Origin: Candidatus Latescibacterota bacterium
Lineage (GTDB): Bacteria > Latescibacterota > UBA2968 > UBA8231
Assembly: GCA_965248265.1 (NCBI GenBank)
Contig: CBDFJF010000001.1
Coordinates: 2,752,001-2,816,000, forward strand
Length of the DNA: 64,000 nucleotides
Direction of reading: 5' to 3'
Shown: piece by piece, positions 54,580-61,143 of the stretch
Numbering within the stretch: position 1 is the first letter of the stretch
Layout of the letters: each line of letters starts with the position of its first letter
Position numbers and translations under genes: made by a program
Notes under the pieces: generated by a model
Seen by the model: only the letters and a program-made list of their open reading frames with translations
Databases searched by the model: none
What the model was told of the DNA's origin: nothing

Positions 54580-55713
54580 ATGGAAGAGCGCCCCTCAATT
54601 TCTGACCTGCAGCAGCAGATCGCGCAACTGCAACAGCAGATCGCCAAGCTAGAAGGCCTGCCGCCTGAAGATGATCGGGCAACGGCGGAGTCGCTGCCGG
54701 TGGACGCTGGCAGCGATATGCTGTTCCGCAAGATTTTCGAGCACTCCAATGATGCCATCTTTTTGATCGACCCGGACTTGAACGAGACCCTGGACGTCAA
54801 CACTCGGGCCTGTGACATGCTCGAATATCGGCGCGAGGAACTGTTGACCCTGCCGATCTCCGTCATCTTCCCACACGACATGACTCGCTTGCAGGCCTTC
54901 GCTTTGTCGGTTTTGGAACAAGGGCACGGTTGGATAGGTGAGGTTGTGTGCCAGTCACGAACTGGACGCCAGCTGGAAATCGAGATTTCCGCGTCCGAAC
55001 TGTCGCTTTCCGCGGATCACCCATCTTGCATCATCGCCCTGCTGCGTGACATCACAGAGCGCAAGATGACGGAGGCCCGAATCAAGGCATCCTTGGAGGA
55101 GAAGGAAGTCTTGCTCAAGGAGATCCATCACCGCGTCAAGAACAACCTGCAGATCATCTCCAGTCTGTTCGACCTACAGTCTGGCGAGACGACTGACGAG
55201 ACGGTATTGGAGATGTTTCGCGAGTGCCGCAATCGCGTACGGTCGATGGCGATGATACACGAGCGGTTGTACAGTGCTGAAGACCTTGCCCGCATCGACG
55301 CGGCACAATATCTGAGCACGCTGACGAACGACCTGGCTCAAAGCTACGGACTCACCTCTCGTCATGTGAATCTGCGACTGCAGGCCAACGAAGTGTACCT
55401 GGATGTCGACAAAGCCATCCCCTGCGGACTCATCGTCAACGAATTGGTGTCCAACGCCCTCAAGTACGCTTTTCAATCAGAGAGCTGTGGCGAGATCGTT
55501 GTGCAACTTGAACCGGTGGCGAACGATGGGCTGGAATTGACAGTACGCGACAACGGAGTCGGATTTCCAACAGAGATCAATTTCCGCAACACGTCGTCGT
55601 TGGGCCTGCGTCTGGTCAACAGCCTGGTTGACCAGTTGGACGGCGAGATCGAGATGAGTGCGGCAGGCGGGACCTGCTTCGCGATCGTCTTTCCCACGTC
55701 GAAGAAAAAATGA
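54580..55713 (+). CDS. PAS-domain HisKA_2/HWE-type histidine kinase
   Basis: PAS (IFEHSNDAIF..RDITERK); LLKEIHHRVKNNLQIISSL; NELVSNALKYAF; DNGVG; SLGL. Confidence 0.92.
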   Translation: MEERPSISDLQQQIAQLQQQIAKLEGLPPEDDRATAESLPVDAGSDMLFRKIFEHSNDAIFLIDPDLNETLDVNTRACDMLEYRREELLTLPISVIFPHDMTRLQAFALSVLEQGHGWIGEVVCQSRTGRQLEIEISASELSLSADHPSCIIALLRDITERKMTEARIKASLEEKEVLLKEIHHRVKNNLQIISSLFDLQSGETTDETVLEMFRECRNRVRSMAMIHERLYSAEDLARIDAAQYLSTLTNDLAQSYGLTSRHVNLRLQANEVYLDVDKAIPCGLIVNELVSNALKYAFQSESCGEIVVQLEPVANDGLELTVRDNGVGFPTEINFRNTSSLGLRLVNSLVDQLDGEIEMSAAGGTCFAIVFPTSKKK

Positions 55714-55731
55714 TCGCGGCCGCGACTCTCG

Positions 55732-56889
55732 CTAGATAAGCTGAAGGGCTCTCTGCGAATTGACGAACGCCTGCGTCAACATCGCGCTGCTGCTACGCGA
55801 CAGAATCTGAGCTTTGCTGAGCCTGGAGGTTTCCAGAGCGATATCAGAGTCGCGGAGGGCCGATTCGGATGATTGGATGCTTTCAATTTCGTTTTCGCTG
55901 AATTGGATGCTGTACCCCAGGCGATTCTGCAAAGCGCCTATCCTGCCTCGCTCGCGCGACAGCTTCTCGATGGCGAAATCGATTTTGGCCAGGGCCTCAC
56001 GCGCGCTCAGCTGACTACTGATGGAAACCGACTCCAGATCCAGCGTATCCCCGCTTGCCCTCAGGTCGGGTAGCTCGAAGCTGAGCTGTTTCTGCGATTC
56101 GTTGGTGGGAGCAATCTGGAAATGCCTGCTCTGCCCTTCCCCCACAACCAGCGACTTGCCGGCGAGGTCACCTGACTGGTAGGCGCCCTCAGATGAGCCA
56201 CCGTCACCGCTGAGCGTCACGCGAATCCCGAGACGATCGAAGTTGGCAATCAGCTTGGTACCGGCCGCCACCCGTCCGTTGTCGAGAGGAGTCGACAGAT
56301 CCAAGCTCTGCGAGACAACCCCGTTACCTAGCGTTATTTTCGAATCCTGATCAGAATCAGCGAAGGTGTAAGTACCTTGATCAGCCCCGGACAGCTCCAC
56401 TTTGGTGACGCCGGTGTCAACCTCGTCTGTTACGGCGGTGGACCCCGCTTCGTCAACGGCAATCTGTCCCGCCAGCAGTGCGTCATTGTTGTAGCGTGTC
56501 GCGACAATCAACCGATCGATACCCGAACGAGACTGGTTGAACTCGGCATCCAGGGTTTCGCGTTGGGAGTCCTGGAGATGACCGTTGGCTGCAGCGACGG
56601 CCATCTCGCGCATACGTTCCAGTATCCTGGAAGCCTCCTGCAGTGGCGCTTGTGTCACCTGCAACAGGTCATTGGCGGTTTCTGCGTTGCGCACGTTCTG
56701 ATCCAGCTGAACCAGCTCCGAACGCATCCCCTCCGAGATCGACAACCCAGCCGCATCGTCAGCGGCTCGTTCAATGCGTTGCCCGGATCCCAGTCTGGCG
56801 ACCACATTGGTCGATTCCACTCTGCTTCGAGTGATCGAGCGCCCCACATTCAGAGCCATGATGTTGTTGTTGGTACTTAGCACTGCCAT
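55732..56889 (-). CDS. fliC: Flagellin-family protein
   Basis: RLGSGQRIERAADDAAGLSISEGMR, ILERMREMAV.AANG; C-terminal RGRIGALQNRL...SESALRDSDIALE..LSKAQIL. Confidence 0.85.
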   Translation of the reverse strand: MAVLSTNNNIMALNVGRSITRSRVESTNVVARLGSGQRIERAADDAAGLSISEGMRSELVQLDQNVRNAETANDLLQVTQAPLQEASRILERMREMAVAAANGHLQDSQRETLDAEFNQSRSGIDRLIVATRYNNDALLAGQIAVDEAGSTAVTDEVDTGVTKVELSGADQGTYTFADSDQDSKITLGNGVVSQSLDLSTPLDNGRVAAGTKLIANFDRLGIRVTLSGDGGSSEGAYQSGDLAGKSLVVGEGQSRHFQIAPTNESQKQLSFELPDLRASGDTLDLESVSISSQLSAREALAKIDFAIEKLSRERGRIGALQNRLGYSIQFSENEIESIQSSESALRDSDIALETSRLSKAQILSRSSSAMLTQAFVNSQRALQLI

Positions 56890-56939
56890 CGACCTGCTGT
56901 TAGGTCACGTGGTATCATTTTATTCCACATGATGATACT

Positions 56940-56952
56940 TAACTCATTGAAA
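56940..56952. promoter_or_regulatory. IHF-like site in the flagellin leader
   Basis: Minus strand TTTCAATGAGTTA versus WATCAANNNNTTR, one mismatch. Confidence 0.35.
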
Positions 56953-56983
56953 TTAAACAACTTACGCACTTCCTACCCCCTGT

Positions 56984-57010
56984 GTATCGGATCGTCCAAT
57001 AGATGCTTTA
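56984..57010 (-). promoter_or_regulatory. Sigma-28 (FliA) promoter of the flagellin
   Basis: TAAA-N15-TCCGATAC versus consensus TAAA-N15-GCCGATAA. Confidence 0.75.
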
Positions 57011-57011
57011 G

Positions 57012-57044
57012 AAAAAAGAAACCCCGTCTGAGTGAAAACGGGGT
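57012..57044 (-). terminator. Rho-independent terminator of the zinc-finger gene
   Basis: ACCCCGT-N10-ACGGGGT stem followed by TTCTTTTTT on the minus strand. Confidence 0.75.
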
Positions 57045-57080
57045 CTTGCGGACGATCGCCCTGCTCGGTTGTCTGCTGCT

Positions 57081-57509
57081 TTATTCCCGCCCGATCAGTG
57101 CCTCCAGTCCCGCCATTTCTGTATCGATTGCGTTTGCTCCGGGAGAAAGGCCCGTTCTTTCCCCCATGCGCTGCGACCAGGATTGCTCCAGTCGCTGCAG
57201 GTAACGGGTCGCCGCGGTCAGCTCTTGACCCTTCTGGGTAATCATGCGCTCGTACAACGCCTCGCCAATCACGCCTTCCTCACGAGCCCGTCTGAGGTCC
57301 TCCGCTTCTGTCTTGAGATGGTAGAGCTTCGTTACTTGCTCCATGACGTCCTGTTCCAGGCGGCTGATCGCTCCATCCACATTGAATCCGGCGGCCATCT
57401 TCTTGGCGTTTTCCAGATTGTAATCGTGGTCAAACCGCAAATGCCCGTTGAGGCCCCTTAAGGAGACCTTCTTACCGCACTCCGGACAGATGACTTTGGT
57501 TTCCGCCAT
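57081..57509 (-). CDS. C2H2-like zinc-finger coiled-coil protein
   Basis: CPECGKKVSLRGLNGHLRFDH (C-x2-C-x11-H-x4-H), then a coiled coil. Confidence 0.7.
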   Translation of the reverse strand: MAETKVICPECGKKVSLRGLNGHLRFDHDYNLENAKKMAAGFNVDGAISRLEQDVMEQVTKLYHLKTEAEDLRRAREEGVIGEALYERMITQKGQELTAATRYLQRLEQSWSQRMGERTGLSPGANAIDTEMAGLEALIGRE

Positions 57510-57616
57510 GACCTGGGATTTTTCGAATAGCGTGCGTAACAAGTTTGTTTACAACTATATAGAATATACCCACCGCGATGGTTTTGCGCTCTGTAGAATC
57601 GGAGGCAGCGCTGTTC

Positions 57617-57645
57617 TTGACCCCGGATTGGACGGCCGATAGCTT
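57617..57645 (+). promoter_or_regulatory. Sigma-70-type promoter, likely giving a leaderless dgcN transcript
   Basis: TTGACC-N17-TAGCTT with the ATG 7 nt after the -10 box and no SD. Confidence 0.55.
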
Positions 57646-57651
57646 GCGTAT

Positions 57652-58647
57652 ATGGAAATCACGAGACCTTACCTGCTGTTCCTCGGTGACGCTGCCGACC
57701 AACTCGCCGCCAAGACCGCGGACGGCGTGGCACGGTGGCGGACGGATTGGTGCGTGGGCCAGTTGAGGCTACCCGGTTGTAAGGCCGACGTGGGACTGCC
57801 CGATAAGAGTCTGGAAGAGGGGAAGGTTGCTGGGGCCCGGACCCTCGTCGTCGGTGTTGCCAACCGCGGTGGTGTAATCTCGGACCAGTGGCGACAGGCC
57901 CTCATGGCAGCAGTGAGACTCCGCTACGACATCGCCAGCGGCCTGCACAACCGACTGGATGAGATCGAGGAACTGCGTCGTGCCGCCGAAGACATGGGAA
58001 CCAGGCTCATCGATGTACGCCATCCCACCAAGAGCTTTCCGTTGGGCAACGGCCGCCGACGCGCGGGCAAGCGCCTGCTCACTGTCGGTACGGATGTCTC
58101 ATGCGGCAAGATGTTCACCGCCTTGAGCATGGAGAAAGAGATGAAGTCCCGCGGCCTCAGAGCTGATTTTCGCGCCACCGGGCAGACTGGCATTTTCATC
58201 GCTGGCGAGGGAGTCAGTGTCGACGCGGTCGTCTCCGACTTCGTGGCAGGATGTGTCGAGGAGCTGGCGCCGGAGAACGAGCCTGACCACTGGGACCTGA
58301 TAGAGGGCCAGGGATCGCTATTCCACGCTTCCTACGCCGGGGTAACACTCGGACTCGTCCATGGTGCCCAAGCCCACCGGCTCGTTCTCTGCCACCAACC
58401 CAACCGTCCACACATGCGGGGTCTCCCCGACTACACCCTGCCGAGCCTGATTGAAGCCATCGGCCTCTACGAACTGACCGGGCGACTCACCAATCCGGAG
58501 TGCCGGGTCATCGGACTGTCCCTCAATACCTCTCAGATGCAGGATTCGGATGCGCAAGACGCCCTGCGACAGGCTGAGGACGAGACAGGACTGCCGGCGA
58601 TCGACGCCTTCAAGGACGGTGCCGCCCGTCTCGTCGACCTGTTGTGA
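57652..58647 (+). CDS. dgcN: D-glutamate N-acetyltransferase DgcN (DUF1611)
   Basis: PYLLFLGDA.DQLAAKTA.G, IASGLH, VGTDVSCGKM, FRATGQTGIFI, IEGQGSLFH. Confidence 0.88.
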   Translation: MEITRPYLLFLGDAADQLAAKTADGVARWRTDWCVGQLRLPGCKADVGLPDKSLEEGKVAGARTLVVGVANRGGVISDQWRQALMAAVRLRYDIASGLHNRLDEIEELRRAAEDMGTRLIDVRHPTKSFPLGNGRRRAGKRLLTVGTDVSCGKMFTALSMEKEMKSRGLRADFRATGQTGIFIAGEGVSVDAVVSDFVAGCVEELAPENEPDHWDLIEGQGSLFHASYAGVTLGLVHGAQAHRLVLCHQPNRPHMRGLPDYTLPSLIEAIGLYELTGRLTNPECRVIGLSLNTSQMQDSDAQDALRQAEDETGLPAIDAFKDGAARLVDLL

Positions 58648-59639
58648 GCCCAGACCAAATCTCGCTCCAGGCTCGACACGAGAGCTGGCCCATCGCCGGT
58701 TCCTTCACCATCTCTCGGGGAAGCAAGACAACGGCCGATGTCATCGTCGTAGAGGTGACACGGGGTCAACACCGTGGACGGGGCGAATGCGTGCCCTATC
58801 CCCGCTACGACGAGACGGTCCCGGGTGTGTTGGCGGCAATCCAGCAGTTGCAGCCGGCCCTCGAAGACCCCTTCACGAGGCAGCACCTGCAGCAGCTGTT
58901 GCCGGCAGGTGCCGCCCGCAATGCCGTGGACTGCGCACTGTGGGATCTCGAGTCCAGGGAATCTGGGGAGCCCGTCTGGCAGCTGGCCGGCCTGCCACCC
59001 CCGAGGGCTGTGACCACGGCCTACACGATCAGCCTGGGTACGGCCGAGGCGATGGGTGTGGCCGCGCGGCAAAATCGACATCGGCCGCTGCTGAAACTCA
59101 AACTCACCGGCACCGGCGATCTCGAGCGCGTGACGGCGATCCGACAGTCAGCGCCTGCGGCTGCCTTGATCGTCGACGCCAACGAGAGCTGGTCCATCGA
59201 CCAGCTGGAGTCGGTTGGTGCCAGCCTGGCTGAGCAAGGCGTCGCCCTGATCGAGCAGCCGCTTCCGGCCGGAGCCGATGAGGCGCTAGCATCCTGCCAC
59301 CACCCCGTGCCGATCTGCGCCGACGAAAGCTGTCACACCAGTGCTGACGTGTCCGCCCTCGCCAACCGTTACGACGTAGTCAACATCAAGCTTGATAAGA
59401 CCGGAGGTCTCACCGAAGCGCTGGCATTGCAGGCAAGCGCCAGTTCATGCGGACTGGGCATCATGATCGGTTGCATGGTGAGTACTTCCCTCTCCATGGC
59501 GCCCGCGTTTGTGCTGACGAATGGCGCGGATTTCGTTGACCTGGACGGACCATTGCTGTTGCAGCGCGATCGCGAGTACGGACTGCAGTACGAAGAAAGC
59601 CTCATCCACCCACCCGTTCCGCAGCTGTGGGGCGGTTGA
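58644..59639 (+). CDS. dgcA: N-acetyl-D-Glu racemase DgcA / dipeptide epimerase
   Basis: FTISRGSK, GECVPYPRY, GAARNAVDCALWDL, KLKL, VDANESW, ADES, NIKLDKTGGLTEA, DLDGPLLL. Confidence 0.88.
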   Translation: MSPDQISLQARHESWPIAGSFTISRGSKTTADVIVVEVTRGQHRGRGECVPYPRYDETVPGVLAAIQQLQPALEDPFTRQHLQQLLPAGAARNAVDCALWDLESRESGEPVWQLAGLPPPRAVTTAYTISLGTAEAMGVAARQNRHRPLLKLKLTGTGDLERVTAIRQSAPAAALIVDANESWSIDQLESVGASLAEQGVALIEQPLPAGADEALASCHHPVPICADESCHTSADVSALANRYDVVNIKLDKTGGLTEALALQASASSCGLGIMIGCMVSTSLSMAPAFVLTNGADFVDLDGPLLLQRDREYGLQYEESLIHPPVPQLWGG

Positions 59640-59783
59640 TATCCACCCGCGAAGTTTTCTCTCTCCATTCACCGCGATTCTCATTAAACGTTATAGCACA
59701 CCCCTATGTCCAACGTAGCAGATCAATCTGCTGGGGGGAATCGAGACCGCATGAATACAACCGCAAGAAGAGGAGATTGAGAA

Positions 59784-60416
59784 ATGACACGTCACTTCGC
59801 GTTGGGAGCGGCAGTTGCCCTGGTGTTCGCTGGCTCGGTGGTGGTCGATGCCAAACGTGGTGCAGGGCTGAATCTGACCGAGGACCAGCGAGCCACGATG
59901 AAGAGTCTCGACGACGACATGAAAACACAGCTCGACGACATCAGAGCTCAGGTAAAGGCCGGCGACCTCAGTCGAGACGAAGGTCGCAGCCAGTCGCAAG
60001 GCATCAGGGAAAGTTTTCGTGAAAGTCGACAATCCGTGCTCACGTCAGAGCAACTGCAGGTAATCGAAGAGCGCAGAGCAAGCGGCGGCGAGGGGCGTGG
60101 CCGCGGACGGGGACAGGGTGGGGGGGGAGGACCATTGGCAGACCTGGGTTTGAGCGATTCCCAGGGTGAGCAACTCAAGGGTATGCGCGATGAACATCGT
60201 GCAGCCATGGATGAACTGCGCAAATCGGGTGATGCCACGCGCGACGATTTTCTGCAACTGCGAGAGACTCAACGGCAGGAGATCGACGGTATTCTCACCG
60301 ACGAGCAACGCCAGACTCTGCAGCAAAAACGGGAGGAGCGAGGATCGAAGGGTGAGGGCCGTGGGCGGCGCGGAGGGAAAGGCGGCGGTCGACGGAGAGG
60401 TGGGCGAGCCAGATAG
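59784..60416 (+). CDS. Spy/CpxP-like periplasmic protein (LTxxQ repeats)
   Basis: Signal peptide; LTEDQ, LTSEQ, LSDSQ, LTDEQ motifs with Gly/Arg linkers; AGGAG RBS. Confidence 0.75.
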   Translation: MTRHFALGAAVALVFAGSVVVDAKRGAGLNLTEDQRATMKSLDDDMKTQLDDIRAQVKAGDLSRDEGRSQSQGIRESFRESRQSVLTSEQLQVIEERRASGGEGRGRGRGQGGGGGPLADLGLSDSQGEQLKGMRDEHRAAMDELRKSGDATRDDFLQLRETQRQEIDGILTDEQRQTLQQKREERGSKGEGRGRRGGKGGGRRRGGRAR

Positions 60417-60509
60417 GCACTAACCTCATAGCCTGTCAGGGTGCCGCGCTGCTCCGTGGAACCTGTTGAGGAGAGATGCCGATGGAGGCCATCTATCATC
60501 ACCGCGATG

Positions 60510-61088
60510 TTATCGCAATTGTGCCCGCGCCAACTCCAGGTAATTATCCAGTGACTCGGTAACCATGCCCGGCACCTTGCCGGCATCGTCCCAACGCCGG
60601 ACTCTCACAGCGTCGGCCACGTACGGACTCTGTTCGAATGTGGCCCGTTCTTCTTCACTCATCAGACCGCCCTGCTTCTCCAGGGTGGTCAGCGAACCCT
60701 CTGTGAGGCCCTCCCGGTAGGCAGGTTCAGTCGTACAGAGATAACGCTTGGACTGCGCGTGCTTGCCGACGCAGAACAGGACACGATCCGAGAACAACCC
60801 CGCCAGCGTTGGGGCGCCAAGTTCATCGTGGCCTATTTCCTGGGTCGCGGCAACCGCTTCGCCGTGATCCTCTACCGAGTCGGGCAACTCATGGTCTTCG
60901 ACGACCAGGCGCCCGAAATCGTGCAGCAACGCCGCTACCACCAACTCGTCATCGGCTCCGTCTTGCCGTGCGAGTGCAGCGCATTGCAGCGCGTGATCGA
61001 GTTCGGACACGGGCTCGCTGCCGTACTGTCTGTTGCTGCCGTCTTGGAGCCGTTCATGGATGAAGGCGATTGCTTGTTCCGGTTTCAT
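60510..61088 (-). CDS. HD-domain PhnZ/TmpB-like phosphonate oxygenase
   Basis: YGSEPVSELDHALQCA, ALLHDFG, H..H, KRYLC, TLEKQGG.M, RRWDDAGK. Confidence 0.8.
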   Translation of the reverse strand: MKPEQAIAFIHERLQDGSNRQYGSEPVSELDHALQCAALARQDGADDELVVAALLHDFGRLVVEDHELPDSVEDHGEAVAATQEIGHDELGAPTLAGLFSDRVLFCVGKHAQSKRYLCTTEPAYREGLTEGSLTTLEKQGGLMSEEERATFEQSPYVADAVRVRRWDDAGKVPGMVTESLDNYLELARAQLR

Positions 61089-61143
61089 TATCTGGCTTCC
61101 TGATAGTTAGTCGGTATTCGTCTGGACGATCTGCACCAACAAT

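Noticed and set aside
59686-59714. Possible ECF-sigma promoter (AAACGT-N17-TCCAA) before the Spy-like gene
   Set aside because: Match too weak to support without knowing the cognate sigma factor
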